Of a DNA stretch of 64,000 nt, positions 36,779 to 51,049 are shown in pieces (position 1 is the stretch's first letter; each line of letters begins with the position of its first letter). Below the pieces are notes generated by a model that was not told the origin of the DNA, ran no database searches, and saw nothing but the letters and a program-made list of their open reading frames with translations. The DNA comes from Octopus sinensis (lineage: Eukaryota), in NCBI RefSeq assembly GCF_006345805.1, contig NC_043021.1, positions 1,984,001 to 2,048,000 on the forward strand, in the 5' to 3' direction. Made by a program: the position numbers and the translations under genes.

Positions 36779-39700
36779 CAGGGGGCGGGGAAAGGGCAAC
36801 TGGAATTCTCTTAGTTAAGTTAAGGACAAACTGTGGTCTGTGGGACTTCCTGAATCGTATGCCTGAGAAGTGCTTTCTGCTTGATGATGTCAGGTTTTGA
36901 AAACGGTTGCTTTCGTTAGTTTTGCTTAATCCACAACTGTACCACTTCGGGTTACTTGTCCGCTTTGATTGCAGTTCGCTGGGAGTCTTAAAAGACAACT
37001 TATAGGGTTTAAAGGGAGCCAGACTGACAGACAGTACTAATTATTGTGGAAGGCTGTTGGGATTGGCAAAAATGTTTCAGGCCCAAATATTCTGTCTTGT
37101 TTTATGTTCAAACCAGTCAGATCCAGCCTCTCACACCTACTTTACAAGGTCATTCTAAAACAATCATATCGAAATTTTGAAGCGAAGAGATAATATATGA
37201 TTAGTTCAAAACAATGGGAAGAGATAAGCTTTACATTTGACAGTAATCTGAGTGTTAATGGATGAGGGCACTAATAGGTATTTGGTGTAATTTTATCAGA
37301 ACAAATAGGACTTTTGATGAACAATGGAACCTCTATTAGAAAGAACTGCTAGATTTCCCTCAAATCACATCCTACCATCTTTAAAAAAAAATACCCCCTC
37401 CAAGAAGAAACAAAAGACAAAAAGCACATTGAATATATAGTCCTGAGTTCACAGCACATAGGGAAAGCCAGATGGGATGGTCACACTTGTAGTGGCTTTG
37501 ATCACGAATCTTCTCTACCAAGTTTGATAAAAGTTGCTAAATGACAATTATATTATCAAGCCAACAAGAAAACTGTCTGGGAGTGATTTGGCTGCTATGC
37601 TTGAAATAGCAGCCAAATCACTCCCTTGTGTTTTAAAACATGGGACAACATATTGGCCAAATGAAGTCCTAGATGTACAAGACAGGATGTATGATGTCTA
37701 AACATATTTGACCATAGAGCTGTTCAGTCAAGGTTGACTTGTGATTAAACAATTCTAATATTTAGATAACATTTTCTTTGTAATTATTGAAAATGTTTTT
37801 GGTTTTTGACTGTTTTATCTGTATTTTCTGTCTATCATGGCAGGATGGGTGTTGACTATTGAGAGAAAATAAAATAATTGTTTAAATTTTCTATTTAAAA
37901 AAAAATAGGGTAGGAGCAGTGGGCAACATAATAAAGTTCATTGTTGGAAAAAGTTGTTCAACAAATTCTCTCATTTAGGTTATGAGTAATGTGTTATTAA
38001 ATATTAGAATTTGAAGTGATTGATTAATAGTGTAGCATGGCCAAATAGGGAAGAAGTCTACTTTGCAATCACAAAGTCTGAAGTTTGATCCCATTGCAGG
38101 CTATCTTGAGTGAGAGTCTCTTGCCTTGGGTTGATGGAAACTATAAGGAAGCCTATCAAATGGACTGTACCTGTAATTCAGTGTATCACTGTCATACAAT
38201 AGTACATTGATTCATCCTGATTATCTTTTACTTATTTCAGTCATTAGACTGTGGCCATGCTAGGGCACTGCCTTGAAGAATTTATAGCCAAATGGATTGG
38301 CCCCTGTGCTTACTTTTTAAAGCCTGGTACTTATTCTGTTGGTCTCTTTTGCCGACCCAGTAAGTTATGGGGATGTAAAGACATCAACACTGGTTGTCAA
38401 GTGATAATAAGGGAGCAAACACATAAATATACACAGGCTTCTTTCATTTTCCTTCTAGCTTTGGTCAACCTGAGACTGTCATAGAAGGCACTTGTTCTAG
38501 ATGTCTTGCAGTGGGACTGAATCCAGAACCATGTGGTTGGGAAGCAAGCTTCTCTCCACGTACCCATGCCTGCATCTATGTTAATAATTCAAACAGATGT
38601 TTGTGGAATACTCTGCCACTTACATGCTAATTTAATGAGTAGGTAATTCAGATGGTTGTCAGAATGGATTGAAATCCCATTTTCTGGTGGTTGTAGATGT
38701 TTAAGCCTAGTCAGCCCCAAATTAACAAACCTTGGAACACGTGTTCCAGCTCTCTCTTTCTTCATCTGGTCTTTTATTTTAGTGTATTAAGGATTAACCC
38801 TTTAGTATTCAGATTACTGTGTCAAATACATTGCTGCTTTATTCACATGGTTTAAGATTTTGAAGATGTGACTTCATTGTTAGAAACAGATTGTAGGGTA
38901 GGTGGGAGAGGTCAGATTGGGCTTGTTTGAACATATAACCACTGAAACATTAGGGTTGGATATGGTTTAAATGCTTAACCCATTAGCATTTAAGCTGGCC
39001 ATATCAGACCCAAATATTCTGTTATCATTTCAAACTGGCCAGATCCAGCCTCTCACACCTACTTGACCATGTCATTCTAGAAATATACAATCACATTGTT
39101 GAAATCTTGAAGCTATGAGAAAATGTATGATTAATTCAAAACAATGCAAATAAATGTTACATTTGACAGAGTAATCTGAATGCTAAGGAGTTCAAGGGTT
39201 AAAATATCCCATGAGATTTTATTTCATGCAGGTTGAGTGCGTTATGTTTAAAAAGTGAAGAAACAATCATGTTTCTGGGCAGAATTTTGTTTGGAATCAT
39301 TAGTATTGTCTTATCTCATGACATGTTTTTCCTACTTCTCTATCTATCGTGGACACCCTGTGACTCATGAAACTTTCTGATTGGCACACCTTACAAAAAT
39401 TACCTTGAATATTTTTAGTAATATTGTCCGCCTGAAAATGAGCCATGCCTCATGCAACCCACTTCTTGGAAAAGGTTATTCATGCCTGTTATGTGGTAAT
39501 AGATTTTCTTAACATTGTCATGCTTTGTAATTGCTGTCTTCCTGAATTTATTTTACTATTTTTGCAGATAGTCTAATTTAAAACTTCTTAACACTGGTTT
39601 TATTCCAGTTTACATCTGGTGGATATTGTTGTTAGCAATGAACTTCTGGTCCTGTGTGAGGAGGAGGAGAGATTAAGTTTAATAACTGGCAAGGTTATAA

Positions 39701-41899
39701 CACCAAGTTTAACCATCTATAAATTAATATGAAAAATATTCAGCAGCTAATTGGAAATTGGATTTAAATCTGAAAATATATAAATCTTGTTGATAATTTG
39801 CCTGGATTAGTATCTTGTTTAATTGATAAAGCACCTTTATCTTCAAAGCTTCAACACTGGCTTCACTCCTGGAATCTGCTGCAGTATTTCTGTAGACATT
39901 TGGAACTGACAGTTATGTGATTTTGGAGTCAATCCCAGTGGTAACTGTGTAGAAGCTTGTTAAAGAGGATTGTTCCAGTTCTTGGGTGATAGGGTTAACC
40001 TGTTGGCCAGTTTAACACTTTCATCTGGTCCTTGGATTCCTTTGGTGGAATCCTCTTTAAGTTTCTGGTCTGGGGGATAAATTCTTCCCTTCCTGATTAA
40101 ATCATAAAAAAAAAGACTGGGTTAAGGAGCTTGTGGTTATGGAAGAGCTGATGTACTTTAGTTGGGTTTGTTACATACAAATTAATCAGACTTTATGCTA
40201 TGACCATTTGTTCTCCTTTCAGACTTACAATTCCTAGAACCGTATTTGTTCCCCTTCCCCATGTCCTTTTTATTTTTATAGACTGTCAAGTGTAGTTTGA
40301 GAGATTTCGGTATTCTTGCAGGACAAGTGACTGGATAGAGAGAGCCGTTTTTGTTAGCTCACATGGAGGCTCATTTCTTCTTAGTATTTTCAAAATCTGC
40401 AAAACGGAGAATTGGAGAAGTTGTTTAACCCTTTAGTGTTCAAATTACTCTGACAAATGTAAAGCTTATTTGCTCATAATTATGTGTTATCTCATAGATT
40501 TGAGATTTTGATGATGCTATTGTCTATATTTAGAATGATGTTATAGGATAGGTGTGAGAGACTTTCTCTGGCCAATTTGAACAAAAACAGGAGGCATATT
40601 TGGGCCGGATATGCCGGTTTAAATGCTAAAGGGCTAAAAAGAAAATGTGACATTTGATGGGTGAAGTTACTAAAGCAGCACATATTCTCTTACTACACAA
40701 TGACTCATTCCTTTTCATTGCTACAAATTGTGAAGATATCTTCATCTTATTGTTGTATTAGTTGTGGGTAGATGATAATTATTTCTGGTGTTATCAGTTT
40801 TAAAGGATAGGTCGGTCTGAATAGGAAGAAGAATTAGGGCCTATGGGAGCTTTCGGAAATTACTTAATCTAAGATTAAGATTAATCTCATGTGTTTGAAA
40901 AAACTGGAATTTAATATTGCATGGAAATACATGGCAAGAAGCACCACAGGATGGTTAGGTTCTTGGAATAATGTTTAAAACATTGTTTCCTTATTTTTAA
41001 GGAGTGGGGTTGATGGATACTAAAAAAAAGAGGGGAATAATGGTTAACCAGGTTAGTTTGACTGTAACTGTGGAAGTGGTCCAAGATTAAAAGGTTTTGA
41101 GTGCAAAGAAGTGTTTTGCTTAAATCAGTCCTGATTGAGTTGACCTTGCAATCAAAGCCATTCTGGTCATAACCATATTGTCTTTGTGTGTTTAGGATTA
41201 TATTATGAAACCTGATTTTTTTTTCTCTAAAGATAAGGTATGATTTAAGAATGTAGTGTTGATGTGAGATTATTGATTTTTTTTTTTTTTATTAGAACAG
41301 TGCTCAATTATAGGGAATGTGTGGCATGTTGGGCAAGTCTCTTCTACTATAGCACTGGGCTGACCAAAGCCTTGTGAGTGGATTTGATTGGTGGAAACTG
41401 AAAAAAAAGCCTGTGGGTTTGTGTTTGTATCTCCTTGTCTTGACACCTAATTAGGTGTAAATGAGTGTCACTCATACAAGCAGTGTCATTTCTACAAGAA
41501 CCTCTATCCAGCAGGGAATATATTACTTTGCTTGGAAATGGGTAAAGGTTGATGACAGGAGGGAATTCGGCCATAGAAAATATACATCAAATAAACTCTA
41601 TCCAACCCATGCAAACATGGAAAAGTGGGCTTTAAATGAGAGTTAATCAGCAGTTAATCAAGGCTGAACTGTTTCCTTAAAATAGAAAGCCTGTTTAGCA
41701 GTCTTGATTTTAATATAAGGCATATTATGGTATCGATAGTTCAAGAATAAATTTTCAATGTTCATTTATTTTTTAAAGTTTTCTGATTTAAAAGTATAAG
41801 ATTTCATTAAAAAAAAAACAAACAATATTTTGAAGGTCAAATATACATTTGTGTAAAAGCTTTATTGCAAATATTTTCTTCCATGAAAATCTCATTCTG

Positions 41900-42950
41900 A
41901 TAAACGATCCGATCTATCTGTTATTTGGTGTAATTAGATTTTTACTTGTGGGCATCCATTGTATTATAGAATTGTCTAAGTTGCATGCTCGCTACCAAGC
42001 AATCAATACCATGTTAGTTTACAGACCTTCCTGGTTATGCTTTTCTTCAAATCATGATCTTGTATGTCAAAACGGTTCCATTTCTTTCTCTTTTCCCTCC
42101 CCTCAACATTCTTCATGGATAAATAGCTTTAATCCAATCTTTTTCATGTACACATTAAATATCCAATAAATTGTATTGTTTCTTAAACTTTTGATCATCA
42201 TAGTAAGTCTTGTATTCTCAAGACTTGTTTCAAACTTCGTTATCGTTGGCATTAATCCCAGCACTGAATCAAATTAGGTAATAGAATTGGTTTGTTGCTA
42301 CAAACTATGCCTGCCGTAACCTTTGGTCTTAAGCTGCTCTTAATATCAGCTGTCCAGTACACTTAATACCAATGTACTTTATGTACCTATCAGAGTTGTA
42401 TTACCTACATACTTAACCGTGCTTTTATGAAGTTGGTCTGTAAAAAAATGTTACTATTTTTAGTTTCGTACAGGTTTCCTCCATAATCTCTTAGTTTTGA
42501 AGTCTACAATGAAATCAGATAAAAGTTCTCATAGGTGTATACATTTTCTAAGTTTAAGGGTTGACATTGAAGGACAGCATGATAATGGAATGCAGTCAGT
42601 CCTCTCAATATCTTGCATATGGAATCCTGTTCTTTGGGTCCTAAATTTAGTGAACTGATAATGCATTCTGTTGTATATCAGTTTCTTTAACATTTACAAT
42701 CCTCCTGTGATATAGGAATCTCAACTACTACCATCATCTCTTGCCAATCTTTCTATAATCGACTCGCTAGATAGAGCAGCTAAATTCCTTCAATGGAAAC
42801 CGTAGGCTTAGGTATACAAAAAGTACTAATCTTGGTTAAAATACTGTTAGTCATTGTGATAAACCTTGACCTTTCTCTTGTCTAGTCTTTCCTCGGTTTC
42901 TCTCCCATCAGCTTTCATTGCAAGCATGCTGTTTTGGTTAACTTCTAATT
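41900..42950 (-). pseudogene. Heavily decayed non-LTR retrotransposon RT remnant
   Basis: In order on the minus strand, across many stops and frameshifts: VDYRK (about 42750), FIVDFK (a YxDD-like position), KYIGI (about 42370) and IYP*RMLRGG. The order resembles R4/Dong-like RTs, but the clade is uncertain. Confidence 0.5.
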
Positions 42951-43801
42951 TTAACTGTTGTATTGGTTAATTCGAAAATAATCAATAACTGAAAGCTTTT
43001 TCTGTTTTTTTTTTCATTTCATTTGATTATCTGGTATCTTCTACAAGTAATCCTTTACTGCCTTGACTTACCTGTCTTGTTTTCTTTGAGTGCTTACTCA
43101 TGTTTCACCAACCTGTATGGCTGGCATTCCAATTTAGGTAGGCTGGTGGCAGTGATTCTCTTACTGCTGCTCTTTTATGTAGCAACTATTCAGACTGCTT
43201 CTTTCCTTTAGCAATTGTCTCTTGTCAGCTTTGCCTCTACCATTGTGTACTCAGTGTACCCCACTAAATTGACATTATCACAGAGTTTCACAGAGTTGCC
43301 TTTAGAATATTTTTTAGAAAGTTTTACTTTACTCAGCAACATTTGCCTTGTCTCCTCTAAAGTATATCTTTTACCTTGTTTCATTCTTTAGGCTTCGGCT
43401 AAGGCACTGCTTCAAAGGGTTTAGTCAAAGAATTTAACCCCTGTACTTTTCTTTTAAAACCTGATGCTTATTCTATTAACCCTCTAAATTTTGGGAACAT
43501 AAATAAACCAACACTGGCTGTCAAGCGGTGGTAATATAGATTCATCCATGCTTCTTCCAGTTTTTGCCCACCAAATTCATTCATGATCGTACAGGACTGT
43601 CGGTTTGATATACAAAATCCTTCATTCTGAAGTTTTATGGTACCATTGACTCTGGCTTCACTATCTGTAATTAGAATTAACGATATATTTCTTATATTGA
43701 TTGAAAATCTACCGCATACATGTCTACCAATGCAAATAAATAAATTTCTATAAATAAATTTCTAGACTATTTTTAGGATCCTAACCTGTTGAAATTTGGG
43801 T

Positions 43802-44018
43802 TTAACCCTTTTGTTACTATATTTCTCTTGAGATGCTCTGAGTTTCTTTCAATTAATTTTAAATATAACAGAGTTTAGTAAAATAACTAAGCTAATGTTA
43901 GGAACATAAATCGTGACTAAGGTTTGGTGGAAGATTTTTATTCAAAACTTTTGAAAACAAGACATTTGTACTACAGAGCCAGAGGTGGCTTCGTGCGGTT
44001 TGGTATCAGAAGGGTTCA
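43802..44018. mobile_element. Second piggyBac-type MITE
   Basis: TTAACCCTTTTGTTAC... at the left end and ...GTATCAGAAGGGTTCAA at the right end. Confidence 0.55.
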
Positions 44019-45261
44019 AGGCTGTAGTTGTCCTGCTCTGCTTAGGACTATTTCATGCTGAAAGCACCAGTTCTCATCTGATTGCCAAAGTTAATGTTGA
44101 GCCTAGTTAGTACTTGGATGGGTGACTGCTTTGGAAACCTAGGTGTTGTAAGCATCTATTTAAGGCAGTGCCCCTATATGGCTGCAGTCTAATGACTGAT
44201 AATTCATTAAAGAAGTTACGAGCAATTAAGCTTAAGACAAAGCATCAAAGAAAGATAGGTGGGGCAGTCTTCCCACCTACATGGTTCTGGGTTCAGTCCC
44301 ACTGCATGGCGCCTTGGGAAGGTGTTTTCTTTTATAACCCCAGGTTGACTAAATCTTTGTGAATGGATTTGGTAGACAGAAACTGAAAGCAGTCCATTTT
44401 GTGTGTGTGTGTGTGTGTCTCTTGTCTTGGCTTTGTGCATTGAATGATGGTTGTAAATGATTGTCACACAAGCAGTGTCATTCATTTCCAGTATTCTGCG
44501 ATCTCTGGACTTGGGGAATTATTACCTTGCTTGGAAACAGGAAGGGCAGGCAGCTGTGGAAATTGTGCCTCAAATAAACTCCGTCTGACCCTTGCAAACA
44601 GAAAAGTGGGTGTTAAAATGAAGATATAGTGGTATCTGTGAAATTGGAAATTTCACTGTATTATATTACATTTTAGTTTGAACTGATGTTTTTCTTTAAT
44701 GTCTCCCAATCCAGTAGCCCAATAAGTGCTTCCAACTTCAAATCTCTGAATACACAACCCTCTAACTACATAGCTGATAAGGCAAACGTGATCTTTGCTG
44801 GTCATTACTATGCTTCCTGGTATCTATGTCCAAATAGTTGTTTTAGCAGTCGATCTGGCCAGTTAGCTGGGCTGATTTCCTGGTATGAGAAGTAACGAGA
44901 TCAACAGAGCCTTGTTGCATTCTAATGCTACCAAGGAATATCAGACAAGTAATTTAGCCATTACAGCTGCCTCTATAACAAGGTCACTGATAATGGAGGG
45001 TTTTAATTTGTTTGTGATTAATTTAATGGGGTTCTTGTATTACAGACGTTTGTAGTGTCTTTCCTATATTATAGTATGTTGTACTTCTCTCTGTGGTAAA
45101 ATAAAGCCAAAAAATAAAAAAAAAAACACAAAACAAAAAGCATTTTCTTAATAAAAGATATAAAACAATGAAATGTGTTATTACCTTTCTTTGACATTTT
45201 AAAAGATACTTATTTTGGGGTATTGTTTTATTTCTTTATAGAATATAAGAAGTTTCTTTAA

Positions 45262-45435
<174 letters not shown>

Positions 45436-48400
45436 TAATCAATAGATGCCAGCTTAGCTTAGTGAAAAACTCTTGAAATAGAAAGCAAATTTAATTTCTT
45501 TAATCTTATTTTAATTTGCACAGTGGAAGTGTGCCAACATTCGAGATTAAACTCAACATCTTTTGTGAATCTGCTAGTCCTAATTGGTCGAAATCATATG
45601 TACATACAGTCATACTATGTTTAGTCTTTATATTTTACTAAACATATGAATAATTTGATTGAACATTTAAAATGGTAGATGATTCCCCCACCCACCCAAT
45701 ATAAAAAAAAATTTCTGTAATTTTTTTGGGTTGTGCAAGATGTGCAGAATGAAGAAATACTTTTTCTTATTTATATATTAGAAAGTATATTCTTAGCTGG
45801 GCAAAAATAGACAAGAAATGCTCAATAAATTTGTAGATATCTTTTAACATTATATAAAAACCTCTCTCTATATATACTGATAGCCCAGAACAGCTGCTTA
45901 ACTTTATAGTGTCCATACACCACTAATACAACTTGCACATAAAACACCAGGTACTCTTCTACTCACACACATTCTGATTGTGTCAAATATAAGGCTGGCT
46001 AGTTGCCTGTTATGAGGACCTCACTTTTCTATCATTTGTTTACTGAAATGATCTTTGCTCTTTTCTCTGTGTGTGTGCTATCCTCAGTGTCCTTGCTTCA
46101 ATTGTAAGCATTACTATCTTTCTCTCTCTCTCCTCTACTTTCATGTAATCTCTCTCCTAGCCATCTTTTCTCTTCAGTTACTCATCTACCCTGTATAAAC
46201 TGAACATTAGTAACCGTATTATCTTTGCTTTAAGAGGTTCATCCTTATGCTTATATATTATCCAGTATGAATTAAACTTTGTAGGGGTCTGGTCCTGGTT
46301 AACAATTGTCTCTTTGCAATAGCTATACTCAGCCAATGTCTTCTGGCTGCATGAAAATCAAATCCAGCCATGACAAAGACTATTCTCAGAAAGGGTCTCC
46401 ATTTGTACTCAGAGAAATTCTGGAAGAAACTGATCAAAAGTATTTTGTTCCTTGGTACTTTGATGCTACTTCCTCTGCTGTTATTTATGGTAAAGTTGAG
46501 CCAGATGGCTACATCAGCTGAGCATATGTGTGTGTGGGTTATTGCCAAAGGTGACTTTGATTGAAATCAGAGATCCACATAGTTAACAAAATTTGCATCT
46601 TCTAAGTGATCATTCACCCCATTCTGCTTTACAGCTGTAAGACATGGCCAATAGGAGTGGAAGACTTACACAGGCTGGAATTATTTGGCCACTTTTGCCG
46701 TGGCACAGATTTTGTGTTTGTGTTTTGGACGAAGACTTTCATCACTGCTGGATTAATTCCTTCCCATGCCTTTTGCTAAAAGGGTGTCTCTATTGGTTAA
46801 TTGTATAGTTTGTGATTCATCCATGATGCAGTTGTTCTAGAACTCCTTCTTGGTTGGAATAAACAGTGAGATAGGCAGCTGAAAATGTGAATTGGTATGA
46901 TTTAAGTTGGATCTCTGGTCCTCACATGCATGGTGTCTGCTGTTGGAAGCACGACTGGTTGATGATTTGTGATCATTGGGTGTGGTTGTTTTCTGTGTGT
47001 GTGTGTTGCTATTGATTCATTGATTGGAGTTGTCTCAGGAGGTGAATGACAACAGAAGTATACAATCAATGCAATCTACCTCAAATACACGAGGAGATCT
47101 CTATGTGGTTGCTCCACTTGCCAAAAATTGCAGCTGTACCTCTCTCAGATCATACTCGACTGTCCTAACCTTTTTAACACCGACCCACCTGAAACTGTTC
47201 CTGGTTCTATGATATGAGCTTTCTGTTTTAAAGGATCTTAATTTAATCCTTTTAGGTTTATCTTCCAAACAACAGCTTAATAATGAGTAATTTTACTGAA
47301 TTCTTTCTGATTTTCAAACTGAAACAAAGGCTGTGTATTTCAACAGAAATATAGTTACAAAAGGAAAATTTTATTAAGAATGGGATACCATTGATCATAG
47401 GCCTGTACTATTTGGGGTTAAGCTTGTTTTTTCTTCTTTTTTTTAAGTGAAGTGGCTTCAAGCATGGTTGTGTGTTGAAGAAGTTCACTTTGCAACTTTG
47501 ATTTTTGGTTTGGTTCCACTGCCTTGCAACTTGGGCAAGTGTCTTCTATAGCTCTAGGCCAACCAGAGGCTTGTGAGTGGAATTGTTAATCAGAAACTTA
47601 GACATCTGTTGTATAAGTATTAGTGTGTGTGTGTGTGTTTCTTTTTGTTTGCTTGCAATCTTCCACAAAGGTGTCTATAATTGAAGAACAAGAGGATGTA
47701 TGTTTAGAAATGGTTGATGGTCAGTGACGGCATCAAGTGGTAGAAAATCTGCTTCAGCAAATTTCATCTGACACATGGAGTCTGACCCAAGCATAAATGC
47801 ACACGTGCATGCATGCTTCTGCACAGTTTGTACCTACCAAATCTATTTGCAAGGCACTGGTCAGCCTGGGGCTATAGTAGAGGGCACTTGTCCAATGTGC
47901 TGTAGTGAACTGAACTCAAAACCATTTGGTTGCAAAGCGAGCTGCTTAACCACATGGTTGCCAGGCCTGCACCTTAAAAATATTTTCATAGGACTCAAAC
48001 AAGGAAGGACATCCCTATGACTTTATTCGTTGTCTTGTAGACATCCTCAGCAGGAGTCTGGATTATATTACAGTTATCAGTGGGCCTGGTGGTGCGAGCT
48101 GTCAGAATTGTTAGCACGCCGGGCGAAGTGCTTAGCGGTATTTCGTCTGCGTTACGTTGTGAGTTCAAATTCTGCCGAGGTCGACTTTGCCTTTCATCCT
48201 TTCGGGGTCGATAAATTAAGTACCAGCTACGCACTGGGGTCGATGTAATCGACTTAATGCCTATGTCTGTCCTTGTTTGTCCCCTCTGTGTTTAGCCCCT
48301 TGTGGGTAATAAAGAAATAGGTATTAAACTGTTCCATGGATTAGGTCTACCATCCCAAAATAGGGAAAGTTCTGCCAATTGACTTTCCAAACAACATTTT

Positions 48401-49130
48401 AGTTATATTTCAAACCTGATTACCTTACTATCTGTAAGTAGGTCTATCACCTTATAATTTATCATAACATATATTTCTTCTAGATACTTCAGTTGAGTTT
48501 ACTGCTATGGTATTCTGTGTAATTGTTTTTACTATGTTTGCTAGTTCCACTTATTCTTTCACGTGAAACATTTCTTTTGTTTGAACTTAAAACTGGACTC
48601 ATGAGAGGTTGTCATAATAGATTTTTGAATCTATATACAATTGTTTCAGTGGTTATATGGTCGTGTGTGTGTGTTTATAAAAATTGGTTTATATTCAGAT
48701 TGATCAGTACCAGAATAAAGGTTGTTTCTGAATAGGTTAGTTTTGGTTTTTAGACATTGAAATATTATTTTAGAATGCTTCAGACTAAATAGCCAGCTGG
48801 CTTTTATCCTCCTCACTCACTACTGCATAGAAAGAAGGGTCCGTAATCAAGTGAGATCTAAATTCTTTATGTTAAGGAGAATATTACTTAGAATTTCCTC
48901 AATGAGATGGCCAGTGGCATATTGGATGAGGAATGTTGCAACTGTTTTGAAAATAAAAATACATAATATTCCTCTAAAACTTTTATTTTCTCCACAAATT
49001 TATACTACTGAACTCTTTTATTACTGAAGGAAACATTCAAATTTTTGTGAGGTTTTTAACACTATATTGTCTAAATTTCTTCAATTTCTGGTGAAAACTC
49101 AGATCCATTTTTGTCTTCACAAATTTAGTT

Positions 49131-49590
49131 TTATATTTAAAAGATGAAGAATTATGTACATTATTTACATTTGACGGATATTTGTCCTCATCTTGTTTGT
49201 TAACACAACATTTAAGCTGATATACCCTCCAGCCTTCATCAGGTGTCTTGGGAAAATTTCGAACCTGGGTTCTCATTCGTAAGGTATTTTTCAATGTTAT
49301 TATTCAGGTCACTGCCTGGAATTGAACTCGAAATCTTGGGGTTAGTAGCCCGTGATCTTAACCATTACGCATATGGTTTAGTGGTTAAGAACGCTGGCTA
49401 CTAACCCCAAAATTCCGAGTTTGTTCCCAAGCTGTGACCTGAATAATAATAACATTGAAAAATACCTTAGGAATGAGAACCCAGGTTCGAAATTTCCCCA
49501 AGACACCTGATGAAGGCTGGAGGGTATATTAGCTGAAAGGTGTTAACAACAAACAAGATAAGGACAAATATCATCAAATGTAAATAATGT
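49131..49590. mobile_element. Head-to-head palindromic pair of a tRNA-headed element carrying a type-I hammerhead-like motif
   Basis: Arms of about 220 bp centred on CATATG (49370-49375). Each arm has an A-box-like TAGTGGTTAAG, a B-box-like GAGTTC(A)ATTCC and GACAC-CTGATGA-AGGCTG...CAGC...AAA. Confidence 0.75.
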
Positions 49591-51049
49591 TCACAAATTT
49601 AATCCTTAATTTCAGAAACCTGATTTTCCCCTTTTCTATGTGAAATGTATAGCTTCAGGTGTTCTAGTTTGCTTCATGAAAGTAAAAGGTTTTACTCTGA
49701 GTTGAGTGACTGAGTGATTATGAATATCTTTCCCTATGTCTGCCATCATAAATGAAAATGAGTTCATATAGTTTCATAATATAAAACCATGGATTCAGTT
49801 ACTTAAGGGCCAAATGGGTGATGGATTACATCTACCTCTCCAGAAATTTGAAACTTTTAATTTCAATGTCAGCTTTGTTGAGGGTGACTTAATGAACCCT
49901 GATCTGGTGTTAACATATCCTTCTGTAATTAATGCCTGTTTCTATGTCTGAGTGTACTTTGTGAAGAGCAACTGATACTGCATAGTTATCCTGGAGACCT
50001 CTGACCGAAAACCTTCCAACTGTGACCATACCATTTTTTCTTTTCCAATTTACAGTTTGTATCTTGAACAGCATTATCAAATGTCCTTTTTTAGTAAGAT
50101 AATAGGGTATTTCTGAAATAGCTTTCTTGGCTAGTTTAAAGTGTGTTATGTCTTTAGGTAAGCTGTCTAATTCCTTGTTGCTAATTGTTACCGACACTAC
50201 TCCCGCTTTACTGTTGAGCAGTTAGCTGTGAAAGCTAATCAAGCTGTAAAAGTAAAAACCTGCAAATTTGATCAGGAGTAGCCATGTGGTAAGCAGTTTG
50301 CTTCCCAACCACGTAAGTTTCAGGTTTAGTCCCACTGCATGGCACTTTGCCAAGTGTCTTATACTATAGCCCTGGGTCAACGAAAGCCTTGTGAGTGGAC
50401 TTGGTGACTGGAAACTGAAAAAAGCCCATTATGTATGTATGTGTGCTTTCTGTCACCTTGTCCTGATATCACTTGATAGTTGTAAATGAGTGTCACCGTC
50501 ATACAAGCAGTGTCATTCATTTCCAATATATTTTAAGAGCATGTCTGGCCATTAGAAAATATTACTCTGCTTTGAGGAGGTGGTTGAGGGTTGGCGACTG
50601 AAAAGGTATCTGAATGTAGAAAAATCTACCTTGATAAGGTATCCAAGGATCTGGTGGTAGGATTAAACTGCTTTGTTTGGTCTTCTATCTAATTAACCCG
50701 TTACTACCTGTTATCTCTGCTTGTAGTTTGCAATGTGGTTCAGTTTCTTCCATATGTAAAGGACATTTAATGTTACATCTCATGTTACCAAGACCCGTGA
50801 AGTAAAGTTCTATCAGTTGTCTTAAACACACATGTTTTAGCAATGGTTACCTCTACATGGTTGCTGGACCTGCTGGAAATAGCATTCACTTCAATGACTA
50901 CTAACACATACACATGCATTGAATAATGTAGCATATTCTGTATTTGGAAAAACAGGACTAGATGGTCGTGTTGGAATGTCCTTTGATCACAGTACTGTCT
51001 TTACCTAGGACAACCTATGGCTAAACAGTATTAAATTTCATAATTTAGA

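Noticed and set aside
49330-49440. tRNA gene pair
   Set aside because: A/B-box-like motifs are present but there is no complete cloverleaf; these are SINE-type heads.
49910-50197. 95-aa minus-strand ORF
   Set aside because: No recognisable domain and a non-ATG start; the plus-strand splice signals are the more notable feature here.
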